Source: Lama glama
Lineage: Eukaryota
Direction of reading: 5' to 3'
NCBI GenBank assembly: GCA_028534125.1
Contig: CM052817.1
Span: 32,862,001-32,926,000, forward strand
Length of the DNA stretch: 64,000 bases
Part shown: piece by piece, positions 12,701 to 26,020 of the stretch
Layout of the letters: every line of letters begins with the position of its first letter
Position numbering within the stretch: the first letter of the stretch is position 1
Translations under genes and position numbers: made by a program
Notes under the pieces: model-generated
The model's database searches: none
What the model was told of the DNA's origin: nothing
The model's input: only the letters and a program-made list of their open reading frames with translations

Positions 12701-15700
12701 CAGAGGCAGGAAGCCTCAGGCGAGAGAGGGAGGGCTGTAAATAAGACAAAGAGATGAAGGCTCTGAGTGCCCAGAACACAGCAGGTGCTCTGTAGATGTG
12801 CCCTTTGCCCTCTTCTATCTCACCGGAGAGTGGTTCTGCATCAGCAGACCTGCTGCTCCCCTCATGCTCTCACGAGGCCCAGCATCCCTAAAAGACCGGG
12901 AAGTCACGGCTGAGGCAGCTGCAGCATTGCAAAAGAAACGAGAGATTTTGAGTCAGAGGGCCTGGACGTACTGCGGGCCTTTGGGCAGATGCTTTACCTC
13001 TGAGTCTCACTTTCCTCTTCTGTAAAGAAAAACTACAATGACCTCAGTGTGATCTTGAAGATGCTAATGAGCCAGTGAAAGTACAACTTAAAGTGGACCA
13101 GCTGCACGACACAGATGTAAGTCGGTGCTGATCTCCCACTGCTGGTGGTGACCATCGGTTCACCCATGGAAATACCATTTTTCCAACTCCTTGGATGTAT
13201 GAAGTTATGACCTCGGATGATGCACCCCCAGCATAAGCAACCAACAGGAGCACATGCTGATCCATTCTCTTTCCTGTCTTGGGGGTGGGTGGACGGGCTA
13301 GATTTAAAACAATGGGCGGGTTGGTTCTTCCTCTGTATCTATTCCTGGGGTTGTAATGTATATGCTCTTTCTCCCACATCCTGTCTTTTATTTTCTTTTC
13401 TCTACACAGGCACTTTTAATACCAATTAATTAAAAGCAGGCATTTTAAGACAGGGCTTAAAAAGACTCTCTTGCATCATCAGGCTGAGATAAAATTCTGA
13501 ACACAGCGGCTTGCGGAGGAGAAACACAGGACCAGCAGCCAGAAGGGGCCGACCTGGATAGGTGTTGGTGAGCATCCAATCTCTGTGAGACCCAGGCGAG
13601 GCCACGTGCCCTCTGTGGGGCTCCACATTCTCATTGTGAGTTTCACGGGACATTAAGATACCCTCAGAACACTAGTTTACTATATACATACACGAGTTTA
13701 TTTTTTATATTTAATACTTACATGCTTATATCTTAGGAGTGGGATCTTTTCCAACATGTGCATTACGAAAATCTGGGTCGGTGTTCAGAGCCGAGGAACC
13801 GGGGACAGCGCAGCACTGCTCTTTATAGGTGGACAGCTGTCAGCTCCAACAACCATCTGTGGTTCAGCTGTTTCCAAAAGTGGCCACTTTCCCTTTTGAT
13901 GTCTGAGGCCCATTACTTTGATTTCTGACTTAACTAACAGGTGTTCTCAAATTCTTTTTTTAATGAGCCGCCTTCCCTCAGGGTTCTGTGTAGACAGTTT
14001 TTCCTACAGATCACTGACAGGAGCAGAGAAAGAAATTTCCCCCGGTCCACTGGCTCCACTGTTGGAACTGCAGGCTGGTGTGACCACCCTGAAGCCTTGA
14101 TTATTCCCATTTCCTGGAAGATGCAGGGACACAGGGGGCCAGACCGAAGTGCTCTATGCAAACAATGAAAGGACATATCTTTTATTCTTTGACTTAGGGC
14201 CTAAAGACACTAGGCCTGTACCACCGAAATGTCAGAATGGGCAAGATGTCTTTGAACCTTGGTGCAGAACCCAGGAGAGCAGAGGAAAGCCCACTTTCTG
14301 GGGAGAGAGTGTCCTGCTGGGCAGCGGGAGCCGGGCACTGCAGCAAGTGTCTCGGATGTGCTGTGTAAAGCTGCTTGTGCATCTACTCCGGGCAGAGCTG
14401 CTGGACCGGTGGCCTCAACAAACACACCTGTGCACCCAGCAGGACAGGGCCTGAGACAAGGTGAAAATGCTGCTAGACTAAATCTGGAGACAAAAGAGGA
14501 GGTAAGTTACCCCGAGAGCGATGAGAGTGTGGCAAGATCATAATTTGAAATGTTAATGGATTTCACACACATGCACAGAAGCACATTCGTTTGACTGTAC
14601 AACCCCATCCTCTCATTTATGTTCTGAGGATACTCAGGGGATTTAAAGAGGCAGAGGCAGGCTTTTAGTCCTCAAGACTAGAGAAAGGTCCCTGGGTTGG
14701 AGATGTCCTGGGGGAGAATGAGAGGACCCTGGGACACATCTGTAGGTTTATAGGACAAAGGGTGTCTGCGCACCTCTCGAATGGAGCCTGGAAAGCAGAA
14801 GACCCAGAGTGGCAGTGGCTGTGTCATAGGTCAGAGGTGACAGGACTTTCCAGAGCCTACACTGCCTGTGGCCCAGAGAGACCTGGTCATAGGTGAAGCT
14901 CTGAACAGACTCACAGAGCTCCCTGGGTCATTGCTCAAGGGCTGCAGAAAGCATCTCTTGGCCTAAGGGAGTTCAAAGAGATTCACAGACAGAGTGAGCT
15001 GGGCCCAAAGAGACTTCTAAGCAGCTGCCCATTACGGCCTTGTGGACTGACAGCGGAGACTCTGAGGAACAAGGAAGCTATTGGGGTGGGTGCCTTCAAG
15101 GACAGAGAGCACATGTAGAACAAGTACCGGCTCCTCATAGCCTTGAGCCCCAGAACTTAGACATGGCCCTGGGGAAAATGCGGGAGGAGCCACAATTGCC
15201 AGACAGGAAATTTCCACCACCCAGGGGAATGGGAGCACATGTACAAATTAAGAAAGCTAAAGAAAAAACATTTTAAGGTTGCATTTTTTATATACCTAAA
15301 CGTTGCTGGTACCCAGTACACTGGTAAAAATTAACCCATTAAAAGATGAGTCTAATTTATGACTAACCCAGTCTAAGAGGTGGGTTTTTCTGTTTATTTG
15401 ATTAATTGACTGATTGATTCATTTCCTCCCTCTCTTCCTCCCTGACCTACTGAACAGCCAGGTACTCTGCTGAATACTAGCAACGCTTTTTAAAGACAAA
15501 CCTCAAACAGCTGTTTCCTACCCTCAAAATTTAGCCATTTAGCTCAGAGTGAGAGAGGCAGGGAAGGGCTGAAACGGAGATACTAACAACTAAATCTAAC
15601 GCACACTCATAAGGTCTGTGACGAAACTGCAGACCAAGTGGTCTGGGAGCACAGAGCAGAACTCGCTCATCTGAGACTGGGAAGTCATTGAAAACTGGCA

Positions 15701-15790
15701 ACTATCTATTTAACCAGTACCCATAGGAAGACACCTTAGGATCAGAAAGCTGTCATCCACCCAGTTATATGGAAAATTGAGGGGATGGGC

Positions 15791-16155
15791 TGTGGCAGAG
15801 ACATCATCTGCATACCAGATATCCAGAGGGTACACTTCATTTTCCAGCCCCCCTTGCAGTTAGGAGAGGCTGTGTGACTAGATCTCACCAATAGGCTATA
15901 AGAAGAGGGACTCCAAGAGCTTCTGTGACCTGTCAGCTCAGCTCCTTTCTTTCCCTACCATCATGTCTGTGGAGGTCTCTTATTCCAGGTGGTAAAGCTT
16001 CAAGATGTCTAAGCCTCCGTCAGTCTGAATCTTTGACGCCACTAATCACAATCAACAGGGAATGTGAGCAAGAAGTAAGTTCTTAATTGAATTAAGTCCC
16101 TTAACTTCTGGAGTGATTTTGTTACTGCAGTGAAACAGAGACTACCCTGACCAAT
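15791..16155 (+). mobile_element. MLT1-type (ERVL-MaLR) solo LTR
   Basis: Begins tgtggcag; contains ttccagcccccttgcagttagg...tgtgactag and ends tgtgagcaagaagtaag...ttgttactgcag...ccctgaccaat. Confidence 0.75.
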
Positions 16156-16937
16156 GGTGCAAATCATGATGGATTAAAAGGGGGAACTGGGTTATTAGCA
16201 TGCATTCCAACACTGTTCAGAGGAGAAGGCGCTCTGCTCCCAGTATTTTAAGAACAACCTTCTGAAGGAGGTGAAAGTGACAGGCAGCAGCGTGCCGGTC
16301 TGCACTTAGAGCTAGTACCTAGACGTGCGTTCAGATGCCAGGCTGGCAAAGAGAAGCCTGAATCGACGACAAGAAGGGGCAAAAGATAAGTGGGAAGCAG
16401 GAAAAGCCACACTTGCTTTCTCTGTCTGTCTACGTAATAGCTAAAAGCCACTCGCTACCCCCACCCTCTCCCACCTTCTCCCCTAGACGGTCCCATGTGG
16501 GGCCCAGACAGTAACACACTGCAGTCAGAATCTCTCTAGGGGACAATCTAAGGGTAATTGCTCTTCTCTCTGCAGCCCTCTGAAGTCTACTGAAAGCAAG
16601 TGAAGAGTTTAAGAGCTGGCATCTTTGAAAGAATAACAACTCCTTGGAGGGAAACAAAGCAAATAAACTAAAGGAGGTCAGTTTAATTTCACTCTGGACT
16701 AAAGTTTCTCTCCCTCTCCGCTCATACTAAACATAGACTTTCAAATACTTCCATTACTCCTGCAACAGTCAATTTTAAAATATCATTTGAAATAAGTAGT
16801 AACCACACATGGGCAACCTCTAGGTGAAACGAGCAGCAGGAAGCTGCCGCCCAGATCGCCGAAGGGATTTTTCTTTCCTGCTCTGGAACTCGTGATGGAG
16901 CGTGGAACAGGAAGCTCTACTGCTTTACAGTCTCCTG

Positions 16938-17437
16938 NNNNNNNNNNNNNNNNNNNNNNNNNNNNNNNNNNNNNNNNNNNNNNNNNNNNNNNNNNNNNNN
17001 NNNNNNNNNNNNNNNNNNNNNNNNNNNNNNNNNNNNNNNNNNNNNNNNNNNNNNNNNNNNNNNNNNNNNNNNNNNNNNNNNNNNNNNNNNNNNNNNNNNN
17101 NNNNNNNNNNNNNNNNNNNNNNNNNNNNNNNNNNNNNNNNNNNNNNNNNNNNNNNNNNNNNNNNNNNNNNNNNNNNNNNNNNNNNNNNNNNNNNNNNNNN
17201 NNNNNNNNNNNNNNNNNNNNNNNNNNNNNNNNNNNNNNNNNNNNNNNNNNNNNNNNNNNNNNNNNNNNNNNNNNNNNNNNNNNNNNNNNNNNNNNNNNNN
17301 NNNNNNNNNNNNNNNNNNNNNNNNNNNNNNNNNNNNNNNNNNNNNNNNNNNNNNNNNNNNNNNNNNNNNNNNNNNNNNNNNNNNNNNNNNNNNNNNNNNN
17401 NNNNNNNNNNNNNNNNNNNNNNNNNNNNNNNNNNNNN
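16938..17437. other. Assembly gap (500 N)
   Basis: Exactly 500 N, probably a placeholder length. Confidence 1.
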
Positions 17438-17840
17438 AATCTGTAAAGAGGGCTGTGCTGTGCCCACGCCTGCTCTTCAAGGCCTCCTCTAGCACCTCCT
17501 TTGTAGTCAGGATGTCTGGCTTGATCAGGCCTTTGGGCAAACTCCTCACCACCATATATGATTTGATTTCATTTGGCTGAACAGTTGTTACAGAAGGAGG
17601 GTAGAGACTCACAATTCATTCATATTGTTAGAAGGTCATAGTTTGAATCCTTCCTCTGTCGCTTGTTACTCAAATGATTTGACCCTAGTTTGTTCATAAT
17701 ACCATATGTAACAACAGTACTAGCTTTTATGACAACTAAAACAACAGGGGCCAGCACGCCAAATACAGAACTTCATGGGTGCTAAAGATGTGCTGAACTT
17801 AGAGCTGATTCGTAAAGACTTCCTAGGGAGTTTTAGGGAC

Positions 17841-18441
17841 TGAGGTGGGAAGCCGCATAAAAAGACCGGCAGGACCCCCAAGCAGGGCCACTGCTCTCCA
17901 ACCAGCACCACCCGGTTCCCTGGCCCAGAGACTCTATCTCATTTTTTGCCTCTGAAACGGGCTTACTTAGCCCTAAAAGTCTACTGGTTCCCTGAGCTCA
18001 CTTCTGATTGGTTATTTCCTTCACTCCTGATTGGTTATTACTTTCCCTTCTGATTGGCCCACTTCCCTAACTTCTGATTGGTCAATTTGTAGTACTTCAT
18101 TTGCATGGAGCTCACTCCTGATTGGTCCATTCCCCTCACTCCTGATTGATTATTTCTCTCACTCCTGTGGGTCTATTTCTACAAAGCTTGTTCCTAGTTG
18201 GTCAACTTCTGTTATACTTTATTTGCATATGATGTTGCAAAGTGTAAAACTGGCAGCCTATAAAGGCCTGTGTAAACCTACAGACAGGGTCCAGAGCTTG
18301 GAGTGTTAACTTATCTGGGCCTGTTGGCGTAATAAACCTGAGTTCTCCAATTCTCTGAGTGCTCCTTGGCCTGTAGCCCGGATCCAGGTTGCTGTCACAA
18401 CTGAGCTGTAACAGCGAGCTGTAACACATTTTTCCACAACA
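17841..18441 (+). mobile_element. ERV1-class solo LTR, 601 bp, intact ends
   Basis: TG...CA termini with imperfect inverted ends (TGAGGTGGGA / TTCCACAACA); perfect 4-bp TSD GGAC at 17837-17840 and 18442-18445; TATAAA at 18259-18264; AATAAA at 18331-18336; repeated CTGATTGG in U3. Confidence 0.88.
17994..18264 (+). promoter_or_regulatory. LTR U3 enhancer/promoter with tandem inverted CCAAT boxes, two octamers and a TATA box
   Basis: CTGATTGG at 18004, 18027, 18050, 18074 and 18118; ATTTGCAT at 18099 and 18221; TATAAA at 18259. Motifs are seen directly; activity is untested. Confidence 0.65.
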
Positions 18442-19094
18442 GGACAAGAATATAAACTGGTAAGTCTTATTGTAAGTTGACATCTGATTTGCATTATCAG
18501 CATTTTGCAGTTCAGTCCTGACACATTTAGGTGCTCAGATTTACTTGGACCCCCCCAGACCATTGGGGCCCCGGGGCCAGTGCCTTGTGCCCTGCTCTTT
18601 ACTGTTTTGTCTGTGCCTAAATGTGTGCTTTTTGTTCTGCTTTAAGAAAATGTCCAAGGATTCAGGTTGAGTAATCTTCCTATTTGGAATTTGAAACACC
18701 TTCGACTGATTATAAGTGTGTTTTTATAACATTCTCCGACACACGTGCAAGGTGGGACTGGTGTGAGCATGAGTCCACTTGGTGACCTGAATGCTTTCCC
18801 AGCCAGAGTCAACGGTCATCTGTTCACCTGCTGCTGAGACCAGTCTTCTGATGCCTTCAGTCCCTTTCCTCCTTACCACGTTCCCTCCTAAACACATGTG
18901 CAGTCTCTGTTTTCAGACTCATAATGAGCTCTCCAGCTGTCTCAACTGTACTTTACTCTAGTCAAAGCAACTCTTTATCTGGTTGTTCCCATTTTTGACA
19001 GCTATTTTTTTTTAAAAAAAAAAACTTGTTTATAGAATAGTTTTATTTACTTACTTAAAATTTTAAAAAAAATGTAAAAGGACTGAGATGATCT

Positions 19095-19230
19095 CTTTTT
19101 TATTTTATTTTATTTTGGGGGGAAATTAGGTTTATTTACTTATTTATTTTAATGGAGGTACTGGGGATTGAACCCAGGACCTCATGCATGCTAAGCATGC
19201 ACTCTACCACTGAGCTATACCCTCTCCCCT
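19095..19230 (-). mobile_element. tRNA-derived SINE (vic-1-like), copy 3, long-tail form
   Basis: aattaggtttatttac...aatggaggtactggggattgaacccaggacctcatgcatgctaagcatgcactctaccactgagctatacc. Confidence 0.9.
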
Positions 19231-19234
19231 TTTA

Positions 19235-19740
19235 TATTTACAAAAACAAATTTTGAGGACAGTACAGATATTTCTCATTTACCCCTGAACCTAGTTTCCC
19301 CTATTAGTGATCTCTGATATTATTAGTATGACACATTTCTTACTATCAATGAACTGAAACTGATACATTATTATAACTAAAGTCCATATTTTATAGACTT
19401 TAGTTTTTTTTCAAACTGTGGTAAAATATATATAACATTTACCATTTTAAGCATGTTTAAGTGTACAGTTTGGTGGCATTAAGTGCATTCACATTATTGT
19501 ACAGGCATCACTACCATCCACGTCCAGAACTCTTTTACCTTGCAAAACTCAAACTGTGCCATGAAACAATAAATTACCATTCTCCTTTGTCCCTAGCCCC
19601 TGGCAACCACCATTCTACTTTTTGTCCCCATGAATTTGACAGAGCTAGGTATGCCAAGTAAGTGGAATCATCCAGTAATTGTCCTTCTGTGACTGTTTTA
19701 TTTCACTTAGCATCACGTCATAACGTTTATCTATGTTGTC
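19235..19740 (-). mobile_element. Two adjacent antisense old L1 3' UTR fragments (L1MC/MD-like, then L1MB-like from ~19415)
   Basis: gatacattattataactaaagtccata; then tgtggtaaaatatatataacatttaccattttaa...cccctggcaaccaccattctac...gtggaatcat. Confidence 0.8.
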
Positions 19741-19939
19741 CATTTTCTGCATCTTCAACCGACTTCAGAAGGGCGTGTTTCTGCACATTCTGGATCTTTC
19801 TACCATGGTGTCAGTTCACTTTCTGATTCTCCATTGTACAGTTGGCTCTATTCTACAGTAAACCCTAGGTTGCCTCTATTTCTGGGACCTTGTCCTAAAT
19901 CCCATTTAGCATCTGGGATCCAAGAATCCCTCACGGGGA

Positions 19940-20210
19940 CTAACATTTGTAAAGCACTTACTGTGTCGTGGTCCTTGCTCTGAACAATACACACATATTT
20001 TATAATATGTATAATACTACATACATACAACATACATATATAATCTGTATAAATAAGATACACGTACTTGTGCACATATCTTGTTTAATCATCACAACAT
20101 CCCTGTGAGATAGGTACTATTATTAATCCCATTTTAAAGATTAGGAACCTCAAGCAGAGGGAGGGCAAGTAACATGCCAAAGGACTCCAGGTAACAAGCG
20201 CTAGTCCCAG
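19940..20210 (-). mobile_element. MIR SINE, split by an AT/CA low-complexity tract
   Basis: taacatttgtaaagcacttactgtgt ... ttaatcatcacaacatccctgtgagataggtactattattaatcccattttaaagattaggaac. Confidence 0.75.
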
Positions 20211-21543
20211 AACCAGCAGCTGGGAAGCCCCACGCGCCCTGTACTACCTCTTAGTTCCTGCAGTTCCTGGCTTTCCTTCCACAGGGGAGGAAGTTCAGTG
20301 CTCTGTGCTTCTAATATGTCCACCATGGTCACATTTCCTCATTAAACTACAGCTGTTGCTGATTCCTCTTGGAATCCCTCTCCATTTCCCTGCCTGTCAG
20401 TTTGGGTCTGGTGGTACCAGTGTTCCCGAGCCTGGTCTGAGCTTCGGAGCCCTCTGCCCCTGCTCTGCAGACCACCCGAGCTCGGGAGCCCATGCCTCAC
20501 ACCCTGCTCTGTGTGATTCTAACTGTCCTATTAGACTCTGCCCTTCACCTTCCCTGTCTCACTCACACTGCTGTTGAGTTGCTCCCCAGTTCCCATGTAA
20601 CTTCAGGCCGACCCTCTCAGCCATTAACGTTTTAATGTAATTATTCCACTACAGGCCAGCTGGCTCTGGTGTCCCACTAACATTTTTATAATCTGGAAGA
20701 CTGGCCACACAGCATAATTCAATTCAAAAGCCACGATGGTTCTTTGACCTGGATTAATAGGGGCAGTGTTATAACTGGGAAATGCCACTGCCTTCCCAGA
20801 GGCAGCATGACTTTCAGTGTGCCCTCATTTCACTGCTGAAGTCATCTCCGTCTCACCTGGACGTGACTGCCGTGCTAGGGACTGGGCAGCTGTGCAGAGG
20901 GGGCAGTTGCTGGACACTTTAAATGCTGGGTGCAAAAGGCAGTCTTAGAAAAAGGCACAAAGTCAGAGGCTGCAGCAGGGAGGAGGTGAGGACTTATGAC
21001 AACAACCTGAGTTGAAATGGGAGCAAATTAGAACATGTCAGCACACTGGGTTGCACAGCTGAGCTGGGTTTTGTTAGAGTCTGATCTTCCACTCTGTGGC
21101 CACAGGGCAAACAGGGGATCTGACGTGTGTGCGCAGAGTGCAGCCGGCTGGCGTGGAAGGTAGAGGCTATTATAATTCTTTACTACAAAAGAGGAAGACT
21201 GCACAGAGATGGGCGAAAGTCTAGCTACAGAGAAATCGGGTGTGACAGGATGCCTGATTTATACCTCCGTTACTGCAAGACAAAACTGCAAAGTGGTGGG
21301 GGGGAAGCTGCTGGTGAGGGTATTTTTCACAGACCATGTATGTATCTGGGTGGGTGTGTCCATGTGCATAAAAGATCTCATACAGGGGCAGACAAATGTT
21401 GCTTGGTGATGGTACCATAAAACATACTCATATACTCTAAAGTCGTAAATAAACTCATTGTTTTCAGCATGAATATTCAATTGTAGGAAAATAAGTTTAG
21501 TAAATTATGGTTTGTGGTAGAATATAACACAGTTATGGAATAG

Positions 21544-21906
21544 TGAAGGGCTGTCTTCAAATAGTCCATTGCTTGTCTTTCCAGATACACAAAAATGTAC
21601 AACTGCATCCCCCTGAAGTTGGCTTGGCCGTGTGGCTCACTCTGGCTGGTGGAAAGGAGCTGAGGTAATGGGTGTGACTTCCAGGCAGGGTTTTAACAGC
21701 CTGTCTGTAATCTTCTGTTTCTCCTTCCACTGCCTTAGTCATCCTGAAAGTATGCGTCACGATGGGGCCGGACCCCTCAGGTCTGTGCCTGAGTGACTGT
21801 GATCAGCAGAGCCCTCTCACTTGCAGAGTGAGTGAGATGTGAATCTGAGTTGCTAAAGTCCGGAGATTTGGGGATTGTGTTACTGGAGTTACTCTACTGA
21901 CCGATA
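21544..21906 (+). mobile_element. MLT1-type (ERVL-MaLR) solo LTR
   Basis: ccctgaagttggcttggccgtgtggctcactctgg...gtgtgacttccaggcag...ctgagtgactgtga...gagatttggggattgtgttactg. Confidence 0.75.
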
Positions 21907-22709
21907 GGAGCTGCATTATATAACATAGGGAAAATGTTAGTAGTTTGAGTCTGGGCTGGAAGACAACTTGCAAAAATAAAAGTCATTGTTAGTTTATCTA
22001 AAAAGGGCAATTTTCTTTAATATGGTTACACTTTTTTTTTCATTTATAAAAATGTTTTAAAAGGATAGAAAGCTCAAGGAATAGGGAAAAAAAAAACTAT
22101 CAGTTGATTCTAAGATTCCATGCTGGTATAAATTTGGATTTAGAGCCCATAGCTTTATAAAAGAAAGCACTGGGAATCAATTTCAGCTATTCTCCAAAAG
22201 GTGCTATTGTATCTAAATGAAGTAATGCACACCTAGCAGTTTTAATAAGTGAAATTTTCCCGGGAGGCTTTTACTAGTCTTCCAAAAGTCATAGGAAATT
22301 GTTGCTTCTCTCCCCACAGCTTGCTCTTTAATCAGAAGGATCATCTCCAAATTCAGATCTCTCTCTCCCAGGGCTTCACCTCCTCCTGAAATACTGAAGT
22401 GTCTGGTGGAGGGGATGAGGGGCTGAAGCACAGAGTATACAGCTTAATGAACTAGAGAGAAAGTGGGTTCATTGAAGTCGGAATGCAAACAGCCCCCCTC
22501 ACTGAAGGAGCTCACTTTCCTAGGGACCCAAACACCTGTGACATGTGACATTCTGCCACTCTCGTGGGCACGGATTGGCATGACTTGGACCAATGGCAGG
22601 TGAGGGAGCTCCACTCACAGTGAGTGAGCCCTGCCGACCGCCAGCACCTACAGCTCATCCCAGCTGTACTGTGTGCTCCCATTATTTGCTACGGTGTTGA
22701 GAGAAATTA

Positions 22710-22955
22710 GAGCTGAGATTGGGGCATTGACTCTGGGGACAGGCAGCCTGGATTTGAATCCTCATCCCACTTCTTACTAGCTGGGTCCTCTTGGGTGAGT
22801 TACTTAACCTCTCTCTGCTTTTGTTTTCTCTTCTTAAAAAAGGGAATCATAATAGCACCTACCTCGAAGGCTGTGGGAGGACTGAGCCATACACATAAAG
22901 CACTCCTCTTAGAGCCCCACGTGCCGTGAGCACCGTGTCAGTTACTGCTATTATT
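22710..22955 (+). mobile_element. MIR SINE
   Basis: gcctggatttgaatcctcatcccacttcttactagctggg...gagttacttaacctctctctgc...aatagcacctacctc. Confidence 0.85.
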
Positions 22956-25879
22956 ACTCCAAATAAAGTCACCATAACTCCCTTGAGATGGTAACTCTTA
23001 CTTCGAACAGTTGCTCCAGAGGAGAGGTAACTCCTTGTACTGTTGCTGGGAGTGGAGAGAAGCAGGAGGGATTGTGCATAACTGATAAGTCTTACAAGAA
23101 ATTAAAATATCTGGTACAATATTTACAGCATCGTTAAGTTTCTGAAGGGACAACTTATACTTGACTGCACTTTAGGGGAGAAAGTGTGTGCTATTACAGT
23201 ATCATTTATGAACCTGAACATGGGCTAAGGGCTTAGGACTAGTTGCTAAGAATACCAAGGGTCTATCATATTCCATCCTAAGGCTGAGGGTCAGCAGTCA
23301 CATCCCCTTCCCCTTCACAAAGGTGAGGAGGTGAGAAATTTGTGGGCAGAGTGACAATACAGGATTATCAGAGGGTGACTGTAGCCATGGAGGGTGCCTT
23401 TGGATCTACTGAGCTCAAGGAACCACACCACAGGCATCTGGCAAGGAAGGACTAACAAAGAGGGCATCAAATGTCCTTCTAGATTATTCCATTCTGTTAA
23501 AGATGGAGAGATCTGAGGCAGACACTTTGTTCAGGAATAAGACCATATGACTCTCTAGTTTCTCTTGTGTTATAGCTACTGGGAGAGTGAACATATAATA
23601 AAGAAAAAAACTGATATAGAAGACTTAGTCGGCCCACACAACCTTGCTCATTATTGAGGCTTGTGAGGGAGAAGCACTGAGTCCAGGGAGATCCCTTCAG
23701 TGAATTCTTACAGCCTAAGAGGGAGAAACACACTGCCTGTGACGGGTGAGAAGAGCCCCGGCAAGGGTTTCTGATGTGAAGCTTGGATTCAGGTATGCGA
23801 TTCAAAGGGGCTTTGATCTCAAAGTAAGATTCAGGAGGCTTTCTTTATTTTCCATTGTGCCCAGTAGAACGAAGCTCCACAGAACACAGATCCACACGAG
23901 AGAGTCGTTTTGTTCACTGCTGGATCTCCATCTTAGTGAATTCTAGGCACACAGAAAGGGCTCAGGGGTGACTTGGAGAGAATGAAGGAAAGACAGGAGC
24001 ACTGTGGAGACAGCAGCAGGGAAGAGCAAGTGGCCATCGTACCTGAGGAATAACTGAATCGCGAGCCCCAAGGCCAGCACCACCAGCACGGAAGTTTATT
24101 CTCCAAGTTGCAAAGGGAGGAGGCTGACACAACACTGAAACTCACCCCTGGAACCAGGGAGTGGTTCTGTCTTGTGGCCCAGACAGAGTCCGCTGGATGC
24201 CTGACCCCAGCTCCGCCTGGTGTTTGTTCCTGCTGTCAGGTGGCCTGCAGGCATCTAACATATGTTCTGATCAGTGTCTGTACACCTGAGCACAGCCTTC
24301 TCATGTGCACAGTGGAAGTCCTGTATCTTTCACAGTAGTTGGGAGGATTAAGCACGCTGGTGCGCGTAAAGTGCGTAGCACAGCACTTACATGTGATTAG
24401 GACTCAGCCAATGGTGGTGGTTGTTATTATTGTTAAAGTATCAAACTGTACAGATGGTTTGTTTCTTTAGCGTTTGTTTTTACATTTATTCCCTAGTTAT
24501 TGGATGCTTATTATTATGGTTAGTTGTTTTGAAAAATAAAAGGGTATATTTTGCTTTACAACAAACAAACAGAAGAAGGAGCAGTGGGTACAGGACAAGC
24601 AGTGTGGTATCAACCTCAGGTAAAGTGTGTGCTTTACAGAGTAGACCCTGGAATGGGACCAAGGCATCAAGAGCTCTGGTTCTGGTCCCTTAGGAGTGAA
24701 GCTACACTTAAAGCGTGGCCTACTTGACAAGCATCACACTTAGGATAAAGCAGGGTCAAAAATAAAATCCCTCCTCTCCAGGTAGTGTTTCAGCCAATGT
24801 GAGCTAACTCAGCTTTTCTCTGAGAGTAGTTCCTAGCAAGGTAAAATACAGAAGATATTTTGGGACTCAAAAAGGGGGGCTAAGGAAGTCAGCCTGCGGC
24901 CCTCTGCCTGTCTGTTGCTGGGGTTCAGACGCCTCCCAGACCCCACAGGTGTGATGGTGTAGCGGTCGGGCAGGCTTGCTGGGGCCTGAGGCAGTGACAC
25001 CCTGCACTCTTCCGGCTCTTCTATTTTCAGGATATTCTGAGGTTGTCTTCACAAAAGAATACACATACAGCTTTCTTCCCCTTCTTTGCCATTAAAACTT
25101 AACACTCTCTTGCCCTGTGATGAGGTGCTTTAAACACACTAACAAGATGAAGAGCTTTCCCACGGCTACTAGGAGACCGCATTAGTAGGCACCACATTTC
25201 ACTTAAAAGACACCTAGGGTGATTAAAATCATTAATTCAGAAATAACAGGGTTGGGCTTGTCAGACTGAAGACGGTTGTAATGAAAATCAAAACAGACCG
25301 ACACTCGTCCCAGCACTGACCCTCACCAGGGTATGCTACTGAGAACAGTCAGGCCCAACTCTTTACACGCCTAAGAGGAAGAGATGCACTTAACAGAAAA
25401 AAGCCACTTATCTAAAACCGTGTTTATTTTCTGTTTGGAAAGAAGTTGGAGACACATATTCAGAAACTTACAATCATCTGAGTTGACTCCCTGACCCCAC
25501 ATCTCCCCTCAGCTCACCTACTCAGGTCAGAAACCTGACAGCTGAGCCAGACTGTTCCCACTGCTTTCCCGTCCTGACCTACTCAGTCACTAGTTCCTAA
25601 ATGTCTGTCACAGCCCTTCCTTCTCTGCTACCTCCATTTAGGTTTTCATCGTCTCTGGATTACTACCTGTCCTGCTCCTCTCAGAGCTGGTGCACAACAC
25701 AGGTCCCAGAGGCACGTATGTACCGACTACAAAGTGAGTGGTGTCCCTGGAGTTGGCAACAAGGCAGCCCTGCCCCCAGCCTCCCTTCATCCTGCCCTCT
25801 TACACACTTTCTAAACTGCAAATATGGTTGTGGTGTTCCATTTCTTAAAAATTAATTATAACGATGATGCTGAAGATGA

Positions 25880-26020
25880 TAATAACGGCAGGTACATACC
25901 ACATACAAGGCACAGTGTTAAATATTTTGCATGTTTTAACTTCTCACAACAACCCAATTATTCCCATTTTACAGATGGTGAAATGAGGTTCAGAGGTGTT
26001 GAGTACCTTGCCCAGGGTCT
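25880..26020 (-). mobile_element. MIR SINE fragment
   Basis: ttattcccattttacagatggtgaaatgaggttcagaggtgttgagtaccttgcccagggtc. Confidence 0.8.

Noticed and set aside
14620..15100. Purine-rich stretch that looks like an old LTR (similar case at ~36740-37150)
   Set aside because: No termini, TSD or family could be established by eye.
16892..17612. ORFs of 180-231 aa spanning the first gap
   Set aside because: Artefacts of translating N as X.
18004..18228. Regularly spaced short repeats as a CRISPR-like array
   Set aside because: Units are ~23-bp tandem variants with related rather than unique spacers, inside a retroviral LTR in mammalian DNA; no cas genes.
17707..18426. Alternative LTR boundaries (TGTAACA...TGTAACA, flanks CATA/CATT)
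   Set aside because: 17841-18441 gives a perfect GGAC TSD and inverted termini, so it is the better-supported boundary.
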